From Camelus ferus (lineage: Eukaryota), in contig NC_045697.1 of the NCBI RefSeq assembly GCF_009834535.1, positions 18,292,001 through 18,356,000 of the forward strand: 64,000 nucleotides of DNA, in the 5' to 3' direction. This document shows, piece after piece, positions 1 through 14,588 of this stretch; the stretch's first letter is position 1, and the number at the start of each line of letters is the position of its first letter. Made by a program: the position numbers and the translations under genes. A model generated the notes under the pieces. The model had not been told where the DNA came from and made no database searches. It saw only the letters and a list, made by a program, of their open reading frames with translations.

Positions 1-384
1 CGGAGGCGCCTCCTGATGCTGTGTGCTCACCAGGAGCACGGAGCAAAAGCTAAATCCATCCTTAGGGAAGGAGGTGTCTTCCCTCCGGTGCCATCAGCCT
101 TAGCTGGCTCTCATAAAGTCTTTTCTTCACAGTGGAATCAGGCAAGAAGTCAGATAGGGGACATTGTCCCAGCCCCCTGTCCTTTCTTGTACCCCTTACA
201 AGTCCGTGCAAAAGACATGTTCAAGAGACAAGGTTGGTCCTCTTGGTCTGTCATGCCAGATTTTCCCTCATTCTCCTAGCTGACTTTGTGGCCTTCTTCT
301 CAATGCCCATCTAATCTCCCCTACACCCCAAGATGCTTTTTAATATTTCCTTTTATTTTATTGTTTATTGTGGCTCTCTCCCCT

Positions 385-860
<476 letters not shown>

Positions 861-2609
861 CTAAAAAAGAAGGAAGGGAGGGAGGGAGGAAGTAAGGAAG
901 GCAGGAAGAAAGGCAAGAAAAGAGGGAGGGAGTGGGGAGGGGAAGAAGGGAGAATGAAAATCTCTAAATGATACGGCATGCAAAAAACATGACATTATTC
1001 TTAAACTAGCAATTTCTCAAGCAAAAACTATATGAATAATTAAAATATGAGGTGTGTCCACAGTGCCATAAGATCAAACCCTTTTTAAATGAATGTTTCA
1101 CATGTCATGTATCTAAACGGGGATTTTTGTTCCTATCAAAGTTGCCTGAAGAGGACAAAGTTTATTTCACCTCTGCCTCCATCACTCCAGCTGGCGTGGA
1201 AGTTCACTTCTGGGCCGCCAGTTTCAGAGCCAGATTACCCACAGCATCATAAAAGGTAAATCAATATTTTTCTAAGTATAACCTTATTACTTTTTTTTTA
1301 TCCCAAAGTGTTATTATCCTGCATGACTAACCCTTTTTATTTAGCAGGCTCAGCCTCAAATGTCTTTCGGCTATTTCCCAAAATTAAATCTACTCTGAAA
1401 AAAAGAGGGCACGTCGACTCTGAGGACGTGAGCAAGAAGGGGCTGGAGGCACTAAAGGCGAACTGAAGGGAAGGTTCACCAAACGTTCTGAATTTGCACA
1501 CAGCCTCCCAGGTATCTGCCTCCTTTGAAGAAAATAACTCATTTTTATGTATACATTTTGGCTGTTTATCCAAAAAACGGTCCTGCCATTTTAGTCTCCC
1601 CTTACATAAAATGAACTCTATCCAACCGTGAGGGATCCCAGCCCAGAGCATGCCACGGGCACATGGTGACAAAAACTGGATGTGGATGAGTTTGGGAAAG
1701 AAGCCTCAGAGAACAAGGCACCAGGCCTGATTTCCCCCCTGACCTTTTCTGTTTGTCAGGGAAGAAAAGTACTTAGATTCACAAACTCTATCCTGCAGCC
1801 CCATTTGCGACAAGGTCGCTCAGCTGCCTCCTCCACTGCGGCCCCTTGGAGCCAGAGGTGCCTATCAGGGGCAATAGGGGGCCGACTTGGGGACAGTGCT
1901 AGGACGCAGAACCCAGCGGGTATCAATTCTTGCTGGATGGTGAACCTTAAGATGCCACCGAGCAAAGAGCAACAATTAGAACAGTGATGCCCACTACCTT
2001 TTATTGAAACCAACTACGTGCAGGGTGTTTAATGAATGTTTTTTCATTTAATCCTCACAACAGGGCCGTGACCTAAATACCACTGTCCTCAATTTATAGG
2101 CAAAGGAACTGAGGTTCGGAAGGTGAAACCATGAACTCAAGGTCACGTTGTAGAGGTGGCCCGGGAGGCCAGAATGGCCTGATTCCAAAGACAGGGCTCT
2201 GACCGGCTCCCTTACAATGTCGCCCTCTAGCGGGAAGGCCCTGGAACCCGGCCTGGGCACCAGCCTCTCTCACCTAGATTCTTCGCCAAGTGCATGGCCA
2301 AGGAGCAGGCGCTGCAGCTCAGACTCCAGGGGAGACTGTTGCTGTGATGAGCCTGGAATAGGGCTGGAGTTTGGGCTTCTCAAACAATGGAATCCTCAGC
2401 TAGATTTTTTTTGTTCAATTGGAGATTTGGGGTGTTTGGATTTGGGTTTTTGTTTTTTTCTTTTCCTTATTTTGTTTCTACCTCTTAACTTTGTCATGGG
2501 ACTTAAGTGAAAGACATAACATATGAAGACACGGTTCCTATCCTGCAAGGATTTATACTCTTAGACGTTTCTGCCACTCTCTGGCAGTGATGATACATCA
2601 CACCGGCAA

Positions 2610-2800
2610 GGACTATGCGCCAGGCACTGTTCTAATTGCTTTGCCCAGATTGGCTCACTGCATCTCTGTAACCTCATAAGACAGTCACTATCAATATCCC
2701 CATTTCACAGATGTGGAAACCAAGGCCCAGAGAGGTTAAATAACTATCTAAGGTCATATGTTTAGTTCTTTAAACTTAGGAATCAAACCCAGGCTGGCTA
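2610..2800 (-). mobile_element. MIR SINE (representative; similar MIR cores near 2.0-2.2, 3.1-3.5, 11.15-11.37, 20.5-20.7, 26.35-26.55, 28.1, 37.45-37.95, 42.55, 43.65-43.85, 47.85-48.05, 56.9 and 59.05-59.25 kb)
   Basis: MIR core ATCCCCATTTCACAGATGTGGAAACCAAGGCCCAGAGAGGTTAAAT. Confidence 0.75.
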
Positions 2801-5799
2801 TGGGGCTGACTGTCCTCCGTCAGCCTCCTCACCCTGCAAAGGACTCGTGCGTCTGGGAGGAAGCCAACAGTGGGCTGTTTCATCATCTCCCCTGTATACC
2901 CTGAGTTCCAGCTAACAGTGTTGAGGGGAGTTCTTGGCAAAGGCCATGCTTCCAGAGGGCCTGAGCAACCGTGCATTACTCTGAAGAAGTAACACTTTTA
3001 TCTTTTATACCGCTGTCCCCTGACCTAGCCCCCTCCTGCTCCTCTGGGTAGGACCATAGAGTCTGGCAGCAGGGCGGGGTCATTGAGAGCACGGCTCTTC
3101 ACATCAGACTCAGGGGACATGGATTCTAACTTGTCACTAACTACCTGTGGACCGTGGGCCACTAACTCTATTTATCTGAGACTGAGATTCCACAACCGTA
3201 AAACAGAGCTTAACAGGTACCTGCTATACCAAAAGCACTCAACCTCTTAGCCACTATTTTTTATAGTTCGAAGAGTTAGAAGCACCTAGGTTCAAATCTA
3301 GGCTCTGCTATTCATTTGCAGTGTGTCTTTGGGCAAGTTCTTTGGCTTCTCTAAGTCTCGGTTGCACCATCTGTAAAATGGGAACCATACCTGAACTGAC
3401 CTCATAGAGCTGTCTGTGAGAGATCTTATCAGCGCATCTGGCACACGGTAAGCTCTCAGGAATGGCAACTCATCATTTTTTAGGTCCTTATTTCACACTA
3501 ACATGGAAAAGGCTGATGGCAATTTAGAACGTTACCTTTTCTGTTGGTGTTTGCAGTTTTGCACAGCTCCAAGCCTCACCTTGTGGAGCTAAAGATCTAA
3601 GAGAATTTGATGCTTCTGAAGATGGGAAGGATAGATTTGAGGAGTGGGTGCTGGGACCGGAAACATTTGAGAGAGTTACAGTGTGTGTTGGGCTCCGCTT
3701 AGCATACATTATATGGACTCTCTTATTCACACTGTAACAACCACGCGAGGTGTAGACCATCCTGGCAACCGCTTTACGGGTGAAAACTGTGCAGGGAGAG
3801 AGAAGCAACTGGAATTATCAAAACTGCACACCCAGTGAGCAGCAGATCTGGGACCTGGAGCCTCACCACAACTGCCTTCGTCAGCCAGGCAGGTGGCCAT
3901 GTCTTCACAGTTGTGAGGTCACCACAGTGGCAACCGGCACCAGGTCAGGGCCATGAACCCAGAGCTTTCTGTGAAATCCAACCATCTACAAAGACATCTG
4001 ATGAAAGAACGTCCCTAAAAGGGAGCAGCGCTGGGTTGTTTGTCCAGCAAACAGTTTGAGACCAGGGAATGATGCTTCAGATGGGAAAGTAACCAATCCC
4101 GAAAGAGGCGTGGTGTGGAGAAGCCACAGTGGGGGTGAGGGTGGGGGCAGAGCTGAGAGATGCTGGCAGGGACCCAGTCCCAGACTGACCAGTTCTGGGA
4201 TCTTTTGTGACTCCAGGGTGTTCTTTCTGTTGCTATGTTATGAAATCAACGTCTCTGGAACGAGCAGTTCATCTCCTACACCGCAGGGTTAGAACCCACT
4301 GACCAGGTTAGAGGAGGTCCAACATCCGGAGACTCTGAGTCCTTAGACCCCACCCCGGACCCAGCGTCAGGGAAGGCTCCACCCTGTCCCAGGGACGCTG
4401 ACACTTCGCATGCTTTACCTCCGCGCTCTCTGCTCAGCCTACAGGCTACAAGGGCAGTGTTCTCAGCATGTCTGCTGTCTGCCACTGCTCACAGGAGAGG
4501 CAGGACAGAGGGCAGAGCGGGGAGGGGGCTAGAAGGGTGAAGGATGTGGTGGCCTTTGCAGCTGGGAAGCAAAGGCTCTCAGCGGCCCCCCACTTTTCAG
4601 AGTATCTGCATTCTCTGAAGTTGTGAAATACAACGGCTCAGCCAGCACTCCCAGGAACGCAGGAGCAGGGTAATTTCAGAGCCTACACTTAAACCACCCT
4701 CTCTCTCAGGGCCTGTGGGAAGCACCATAAGGAGCCCTCCTCTGAGAGCGTTTAAAGTCAGCTTTAATGTTTGGCTCCTAATAGGGGATGTGGGTTTTCT
4801 CTGTTGAAATTTAACATTTTAGGAATTTTAAAGTAAGAATGGAGGAATATCAGTTGTAATGATGGAGAGACAGGGCATCAAGTACCCAGGATTCCCCAAA
4901 TGGGGGAGGCCCCATGCTGAATACAAGAGAGGCGGAGCTGAAGGCCAAGTGCCCTGGGTCCTTGCTGTTGACAGTGAACACTGGTCACATCAAAAAGCAC
5001 CAGAGAGTCAACAAGACATCATGATCACTTTACATCTGTTACTGGATGCTCTGCACTCTCATCCTATCCATCACCCCATCTGTAAACAGTGAGTGCCAAC
5101 TACATGTCCACACAGTGCTGGGCACTGGCAACACTGATGTGAAGATACAAGGTGCCTGTCTCGGGGAGCTCACAGTCTACTGGGAGAGCCGGCTCTGAGA
5201 CCCTGTACACAGCAGCCATCACAGTGCCCAGGTACCATGACGGCACAGCAAAGGGGAGAGCCAGGGAGGAGGTGACGTCTGAGCCCAGGTTCTAGCAGGA
5301 GGAGGAGTCTGCAGACAGGAAAAGGCGAGTGGGCGTGGAGAAAGCAGGCAGAGGAGACCCAGGAGGGCCAGGGGTGTGAACAGCATGGTGTGACCATAGA
5401 CTTGGTATTTCCAGAGGGCAGATCAAGCAGGGATTGCTGAGAACTGAGGCTGGGGAAGCAGAGAGAAACCAGATCAAGGAACAACTCCTGTGCCAAGTGA
5501 CGAGCGGGACTTAGTGCTTCCGGGTCAGTCCTTCTCAACACTGATTGCACGTTAGATCATCCGAAGAGCTGTCTAAAAGTACACGTACACGTGTGCATAT
5601 TACATGACTGGGACCACCCTCTGTCCCTTCCACAGGACATGGGGTGGAGCTGCACAGAGGTGCTCTCTGAGCCCCCACACAACTCTGATGTATAGCCACG
5701 CTGGGAATCTCCACTGCCGACAGCCCCCTTCGGCCTCGGTGGGAAGAGAATGGGAAGGGACAAGACTGGCGACAGAAAGGCCAGTTAGGAGGTGGGTTC

Positions 5800-6145
5800 A
5801 TCGGCCAGGATCGCCATTACAAAGTACACAGACCGCGTGTGGCTTAAACAATAGAACTGTATTTTCTTACACTTCTGGAGGCTGGGAGCCCAAGATCAAG
5901 ATGCTGGCAGGTTTAGGTTCTTCTGAGGCCCCTCTGCTTAGCTGTGTCCTCACATGTTCCTCTGTTTCATCTGTGTCTTAGTCTCCTCTCCTTGTAAGGA
6001 CACCAGTCACACTGGAGCAGGGCCACTTAATGACTCCATTGTAACTTCATTATCTCTTTAATGGCCCTAGTTCCAAATACAGTGTCCCACTCTGGGATAC
6101 GAGGGGGTGGGGGGTACTTAGGGCTTAAACATATGAATTTAGGGG
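5800..6145 (-). mobile_element. MLT1 (ERVL-MaLR) LTR
   Basis: GTGGCTTAAACAATAGAA...TTCTGGAGGCTGGGAGCCCAAGATCAAG...TTCCAAATACAGT...CATATGAATTTAGGGG. Confidence 0.8.
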
Positions 6146-7764
6146 TCAGTTCATCCAGGAGGCTGTCACAGTGGCTCCAGGGAGAGACGATGGACAACTG
6201 TGGGTGGCGGCAGCACGTTGGATGGAAATGGGAGGAGAGAGAAATCAGCATGTAAAGCTGTCAGGGATTACGACTGACAGGGTGATGGGGGGATCCGAGA
6301 TGACCCCCAGGTGACCCCCCAGTTGCTGATATGGACGATGCTGTCATCGGTTGAGGTGTTGTAGGGAACGGAGGGGAGGAGATGCTGTGTTTCCTTTGGG
6401 GTGTGTTAAGATTGAAGATGGGGTTGTAAAAAAAAGGTTTGCGTGCCATCAGCATGTGGAGGGCTGTTGGAACTAGGGGTGTGGGTGAGACCCCTCAACC
6501 CTCTAGAAGATGTAGAGAGAGAAGCCTGAGGACCAAAGCTTTTGGAAGAGCGAATTCTGAGGAGTGAAGAGAATGAGAACTCATTTGTGATGAAGCCACA
6601 AAAACAAGCCAAAAAAAACAAAAAAACAAAAAACAAAAAACCTCCTAGCATCTTCTTTGTCTTTAAGCTGAAGCAGAGTCTCCCTAAATCATCAAGAAGT
6701 GACGTGAAACAAGATTACTAATAAAGAAAATGAAATGATGTGAACCACGAGTTACATAAAAGGGAAAATGAAACAAGAATCAAGAAGGAAGTTACTGACG
6801 GATCCTTGGTTTGTTAATTAGAGGTCTGGTTTTCCTTATTTCCTCATTTGTTATGTGCCACTGTTGAATTAATAGATTTCTCAACAAAAAGACATTTAAA
6901 TCAACGTATGACACCTGCTGAAATTCTCCAGAAGCCATTAATTACACATTCTTAAGAAAATGAGCTACGATACAACTCTTCTAACTGTATAATTCCTATC
7001 TATGAGTCTTAATCATACGACTTCCCAGCTGCAAGATAGATCATCTCTATTCATCTTCTCTGGTTCTGACCAATTAAACATTTTCTTTCATAATCATAAC
7101 ATTTCATATGCCAAATCTTCAAAAGAAAAGGGGCTTGTTAGCAACATACCATTTCCCGTTGCTAATTTATGCTGCATGAGAATTCCTGAAAGTACAGTAT
7201 ATACATATAGGACACTATTAACACATTCAGGCTTAGCAGAACAATGGCAATATTATTTTGTAGCTTGATTTCGTATGCATGTGTTTTCAGAATAATTTTT
7301 TTTCCAAAAAGCTTTTATCAATTAACAAATTAATTCCTGTCAAATTGAGGGCAAATTTTGCACGTAGCGTATATACGCTGAGAGAATGCAGATGGCAATA
7401 AGAGTGTGTCAGTTCATTCAGAAGAAATCATTATCTTCTAAAGGAGTTAGAATGTCTCTATAGACAGGCTCTTGGTGTTTTATATCTTGACTCATGTTTA
7501 ATGTTCACTGACAACATATATCTTTGAGTCGTTTATTTCATAACTATCCAGTGGCCACTGTAGATTTCTTTTCCAGAAACCATTTATTCTCAATCATCAA
7601 AGCACGAGTCTTCTGCACTGGGGGTTTCTGAGTGCACTGCAGCAGCAGTGCAGGGAACAGTAAGTGGTCTGGCTCCAGTAGCTGCTCTGCCTAAGATTCC
7701 ACTATCCTGACCTGTCCCCTAGGCTCACCAAACATAAGCAGGCAAATCAACAGTTTATGGCCTA

Positions 7765-7890
7765 GGGGAGGGTATAGCTCAGTGGTAAAGTGCATGCCTA
7801 GCATGCTGTGAGGTCCTGGGTTCAATCCCCAGTACCTCCATAAAAAAGATAAATAAACCTAACTACCCCCAGAAAAATTAAAAAAAAAAA
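7765..7890 (+). mobile_element. tRNA-Ala-derived SINE (Vic-1-like, camelid)
   Basis: GGGGAGGGTATAGCTCAGTGG head; A box 7775-7785; B box GGTTCAATCC 7819-7828; AGC anticodon remnant; A-rich tail; TSD AGTTTATGG(C/T)CTA at 7752-7764 and 7890-7902. Confidence 0.88.
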
Positions 7891-7904
7891 GTTTATGGTC
7901 TAGA

Positions 7905-8085
7905 CCAGAGCCAAACCCAATCAGGCAGTAACCAACTGTCAATGACTGCACAAACCCAGCAACCCACTGGTTTATATATTGTCTCTGGCAGAGTTGAGTG
8001 GTTGCAATAGTGACTATAAAAACAAAGCCTAAAATATTTACTATCCGGCCTTTTACAGGAAAAAATGGCCAACTCCCGGCACAGA
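7905..8085. mobile_element. MER58-like hAT element
   Basis: AAAGCCTAAAATATTTACTATCCGGCCTTTTACAGGAAAAAATGGCCAACTCC motif. Confidence 0.7.
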
Positions 8086-8782
8086 CCTCTGTGCATTTCT
8101 CAACTCAACTACCTCAAGTGTTATGACCATCAAGACAATTTAAATCCATTCTGGAGAAAGAGATACAGAAAAACACATTCCAAGAAGCTGACCACGTCAT
8201 AGTCCACTCCTACTGGGTGCCACTATCTAAAAGGAACTTTCTTTCTATTCTTACAGTGTCACCTTTATTTACACCCTTTTATTCACGATCCCCAAAACAA
8301 ACCATCAGTTGGTCTCATGTAGCACATTACATTTTCTGGGCAAAATACGAGCCACTGATTTCTTTCCCTAACGAGCCTGCAAAATGAGGGGCTGGAGTTA
8401 GAGCCCCTCATCCAGCCCTTAATCCGGGATGGGGCAGAGTCTTTAAACCTTGCCTACTGTCGGTCACCTGGGAGCACTGCACTAGCAAGGCTCATGCTAT
8501 GGGCCTGATGCTCCTCAAGGTGCCTGGCAGCAGGGACATAGCTGTGATGGAGGTGGCTTCCTTGTACTGTAGACCCTGCTTGCTTGTCATGTATTGATAG
8601 GAGCCCTTGGCTTACTGCCCTCACCCAATTCAACCCAATCTCTCCTAACATCTCCAGACCCCAACTTCCCACGGTCTTGGAACAAAGACAAAATACCTAT
8701 GTTTCTGGTATACACTTTTTTTTTCAAAATCAAAATCTGTCCAGAGCCGTATTTACCCTTCCCATACCGGTCCTCCCACTCA

Positions 8783-9214
<432 letters not shown>

Positions 9215-10119
9215 TCACAAGAGTGTAGAAAAGGGTCATAAAATCCTAAGGCTAAAAGGTCATCTGCTCCATCCCTCTATAGGTGCCTAGTCATTCCAGA
9301 AACACATTAAATGTACCTTCTAAAAAACACTTGCGAAAAGAAGCCACAAAAGTTTCCACATGGTTTACAAATTTCCAGCTATTTGTCCTCCTCCATGTCT
9401 AACAGCTTAGAATTCCTTTGTTCTTTTCTTAGTGCAAACAGCGGTCTTCCCCTGACTTATCTCACAGTGTCTCTTTATGTCTCTGCCAACTGTTCTAGGG
9501 ATCCTGGTCTGCTTCAGCTACGTCACCTACGGCCAGACGATCTGACTAGTGGGCCGTGTCCAGCCTCATACTCTCAGAACATCAGGGTTGGGAAGTCTTT
9601 GGCGATCAACCGGTCCAACAACCTCATTTCAGAGTTGAAGTCTCATGTCCTTGGCTTACCAGCCACTCTGTGGCAGAGACAAGGCTAGAATCTTCCGCAC
9701 TCTTCCACCTTGGCGGGGATTACCTGAGGGACTCGGGAAAGCATGCCATCAGTTAACAAGCTTCTATGAGCCAGAGACACGCAAAAAGAAGGAACAGGGG
9801 ACCAACTGGGAAGGCCTAAGCAGTCTGAGTCTCTTCAAATCCAGGGCGAACAACCGCGTGTACAAATACAGTAACTGAAAGTGGTCGGGGGCCATTTAGC
9901 AGCGCTTACAACAGCGTGATTCCAAATGTTAGAATGGTTGCATAATAAATTCGGGATCAACACCATGAAAGAAACTGTCTGGTATGACTTTTATTTTATT
10001 TATTTTATTTTATTTTAATGGCAGAAGGCTGGATGCGACAATACTTGGCTTAGAGGTCCAAATTACGGCACTTAGCTAAAAGGTCATTTGGGATAATGGA
10101 CCCACAGCCAGAACAGTTA

Positions 10120-10659
<540 letters not shown>

Positions 10660-12555
10660 TCACAGCACACACAATTAACTACCACGGAATCGACATGGCT
10701 TTAAGAAGAAGTGGGAAAAGCCAATTAAACTACCTGAGTTATTAATATGACTGGGCCTGCAGTGCCTTGATATATACCACCTTCCGGGGAGGTAAATCAA
10801 ACCCTTGGGGGATGCCAGGATGTCATTCTGTAAATAGCTTTTCCTCGGGCTCTAAATGACAGCCTAGTATCCAGGGGAAAAGGATGCGCCTTCTAGAGCT
10901 GAGAGAGTACCTCAAGAGAGTAATTTACTCAGTGTAACTCCCCACCAAATCAGGACCACCGAAACTGCAGAGAGACTTTTTTTTTCGCCTCTAAGACTCT
11001 GAAGAAGAGTGTGTTTTATCTCAGAAATAGTTCCTAGGTGCTGCTCTAAAAAGTTGAGCACAAGAACCTTATTTTGAGATGCTTTCTTATCATTTTTTGC
11101 CTCCAGGTTTTCTTTCAGGTTTCTAAATACAATAAAAAGAATGAGTCAACTTTTATTGAGGGCTTATAAGATGCCCAATAGTGGGTTGGGTGTCTTATGC
11201 AAATTATGTCATGGAATCCAAAACAATTTTATGAGGCAGGTACTATTATTAGTGTCCTCATTTTTCAGATGAGGAGATTGAAGCCTGGAGAAGTCAACTA
11301 ACTTGTCTAAAATTACAGAAGCTGGCAAGTGGCTGAGCCAAACTTAGAATCCAGTTTGGCAGGTCACAAAAGCCAGACTCCCACTCACTCTGCTACACCT
11401 ACCTCCTGACTAACAGGCAACCAGCTGTCTTAATAAGTACCTTACCACCACGGGCAGAGATCTCTACCTAACCGCTTTAAGCTATATGATACTTCCTTTT
11501 ACCTAATCCTTCCATAAACTGACAAACAAATTCAAATAAGCAAGTCCTATGGCCCTACAGTGTGTTATAGTCTTTCGAAGTCTGTCTACATTATTCATCT
11601 CTATTGTTTATTAATTTAGTCAATGAATGTTTGCTCTTCTATTCTGTTCATCTATTAGATGCTGTGTTACAAAAGGCCATATAGAATTGCACAGGTATTA
11701 TTTCTATTTAAAGAGATACGGGAAACTGATTCAAAACTAAAATTTTCTCTCCCTAAGAGTTATGTCCAACATTCTTCTTTGGTTTTCTTCATTCCATCTG
11801 AAATTACAATGTTACTAACAACTTGCAGGAGGCAACAGGAGACTTTATCAGCACTCCATCAAGGAATAAATAGAGACGAGTTTCCAACGGGGAAAACTCT
11901 CAATGGGAGGATTTGAGATTAGATTTAAGGGCAATTCCTTTGCAGAGGTGGATGCTAAACACAGAAGCCAGTGGGACCCACGGATGAAACTGTGAAACTC
12001 AAGCCATTATTTATGAGCTGGTGGCAATCCCTTTGGGCACATAGGGGGGCTGCCTGCCCCTGAGAGGGGGGCACATGCCTTTACTTGCTAAGCTGTGGGG
12101 AAGAAGCCCAGCCACCACGTCCAGCCAGAGCCAAGGCAGTCCCCTCTTCTGGCTCCGGGAAACCCTCACCCCAGCTCTCTGGGTTTCTGAGAAGCAGCAG
12201 CTTGGATCTGCTTTTACTCTCTCCCATCCCAAGCAGCAGGTGCTGAAAAAAAGCCTCTTTACTAAGCAAATGGAGTTTGCTCCATTTTTTTAAATCCCTA
12301 CAAAATTGCCACACGATATAAAAAAAAGTCAAACAATGTAGATTTGTATAAAACAAAAACAGAAGCCCCTCTCTCCTAATCCTTCTTTAACAGTGAAGAC
12401 AAAATGTTAAAAGCTTGGTGTATATGCTTCCAGACTTCTCCTTGGCATAGACAATATTCATTACACATCTGTCTGCCCATACACATACACATTTCCTTTC
12501 CAAAAAGCTCCCATAGATTCTGACCTGCAACTTTTTTCCCTTATGAATATAATTT

Positions 12556-12745
12556 ACTTTTTATTGAACTATAGTTAATTTACAATATTGTGTTAGTTTC
12601 ACGTGTACAACAAAATGATTCTGAGATATATGTATATGTATACATATACATTCATTTTCCGATTCTTTTCCATTATAGGTTACGGCAAGATATTGAATAT
12701 AGTTCCCTGTGCTGTACAGTAAATCCTTGTTGGTTATCTATCAAC
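12556..12745 (-). mobile_element. Short L1 3'-end fragment (same family as the 38 kb copy)
   Basis: TTTTATTGAA-TATAGTT...ATATTGAATATAGTTCCCTGTGCTGTACAG, homologous to 37981-38140. Confidence 0.8.
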
Positions 12746-14441
12746 TTTCTTTTTTACATTAACCACATACCACAAATACCCATCCATGGCAGTCAGAGGC
12801 TCATTCTTTCTAAAGTTTCCATAGTATTGCATTCTATAGCAGTGATGTTTTCCCAATCAGTTTTCTACTTTTAGACTCAGGTTGCTTCCAGTGTTTTTGT
12901 TATAACCAACTACACAGCCATGAACATCCTTGAGCATTTCCCTCTGCTCGTTTGTTGCGATGGATCTGAATAATAACACCATTTTCCACCAGGAGTCTGG
13001 AGATCTCATTTTGGATTTTCCCTTTGCATAGTTGAGAGATGAAATTCATCCTACCCAACACTTAGACAGGATAAGAACCTTGTCCCCTGGATTCAGTACG
13101 CCCTGCAGCACTCAGATGGAGTTGCAAAATAAAGCCCACTCCTATTTCTTCGTATATTTACTTTTAAATGCATATTCATCTCAGATGCCCCTTTCTACAC
13201 ATTCTGAGCAAAGAGACATTAACATTTTATTAACAGTTCATCCCAGCCTCACCTGCTCTGCCAAAGACATAACTAAGATGATCAGTTTTGCCTGAGTACC
13301 CACGGACATGGGCTTTGTGGGCTCAGAGGAGAGAAGAGACTCCAAACCAAATGAAGCTCCAAATGAAACACTTGCCCTGCTGACCTCTGGCACAGAACCC
13401 CAGAAATCATTAGCCGGAGTGCCCATGTAGCTGGGACTGCTGGACGATATGGAGCAGCAGGGGAATCCTTACAAAGCTCAAATCCTTAGCGTGCACACAC
13501 ACAAGACTGCAGACTGAAACGCAGGCAGGTTGAAAAGCCTGCATTATTTCTTTTACCCATTAAAATTCTTAACTCCCCTCAAACATTACCAATCAGTATT
13601 TTCTCTGCAAAAGAATCTAGACAATTTTCTGCACTAGTGAATATAATAATAAAATTATAATAATTCTAAAGGAAAACCACTCATTTTGCACATTCTTGAA
13701 AGTTCAAATTCCAAATGTGGCACAAAATCAAAGCTCTGATGCCACTGGTGATCTTGTAAAACTGGCAATTTAAAAATCAGTTTACCAGAACTGTTCATTT
13801 CACCCATCTGGTTTAGCATATGCATTTTTTTCTAGTCGATCTGTAACTAAAAAACATGCCTTGTTTATGGAGATTACTGATATACCAAAAAACAAACAAA
13901 GTAGAAGTAGGAGCCATTTTCCCATTTTCCTTTCTTCCTGCACCAGAAGCCAAGGAAACAAAAGGCACCACCACTGATCAACTCTTGCTATTTTCCAAGT
14001 AGCCCAGCAGTTTCTATTTTGCTGTTTTTTCTTTTTTTCCAGCCATGCCATAAGGTCATTGTATGTGCGCTCTTCATTAAAAGAGGCAAAAAGCAGAAAA
14101 TGAGCAGGTAGTCACATACTGAGGAAGCCAGAGTCGAGTCTGATTGAGAATTCAGGAGAAAGGCAGACTCTTTCCTTGGGAGGGGAACAGGACATCGCTA
14201 GGAAAGTCATTTTTCGTTCCAAGCTTCCAAAAGGTGTAATGCAACCAGAGTAGAAGTTTGAAAGGCGGGGCGTGGAGTGAAAGGAGAAAATATCATTTAA
14301 CTAGAAGAGGGAAGATCCTCACTACGTTTCCTAGCCTAAAAAAGCAGGGCACATTCTTCATTTGCATTCTGACTCAGTGAGCCCTGCTGGGTTCCTGAGA
14401 CCTCAAGAGGTGGCTTACTTCTCTCTCAGAAGTAAACTATT

Positions 14442-14588
14442 CACAGGGAACTATATTCAATACCTTGTAATAACTTTTAATGAAAAAGAATATGAAAATG
14501 AGTATATGTATGTACATGCATGACTGGGACATTGTGCTGTACACCAGAAATTGACACATTGTAACTGACTGTACTTCAATAACAAAAA
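14442..14588 (+). mobile_element. Short L1 3'-end fragment with TSD
   Basis: CACAGGGAACTATATTCAATA...CTTCAATAA plus A-tail; TSD AGAAGTAAA(C/A)TATT at 14428-14441 and 14589-14602. Confidence 0.85.

Noticed and set aside
3530..3600. Possible cryptic exon on the minus strand (donors AAG|GTGAGG and AAG|GTAACG)
   Set aside because: Exons 11 and 12 already join in frame as in recalled SEL1L3, and the peptide shows no homology.
7633..7652. Small hairpin TGCACTGC-AGCA-GCAGTGCA
   Set aside because: An 8-bp stem is expected by chance in 64 kb and is too short for a pre-miRNA.
7765..7840. Apparent tRNA-Ala gene
   Set aside because: Has an A-tail, a TSD and a distorted cloverleaf, so it is a SINE.
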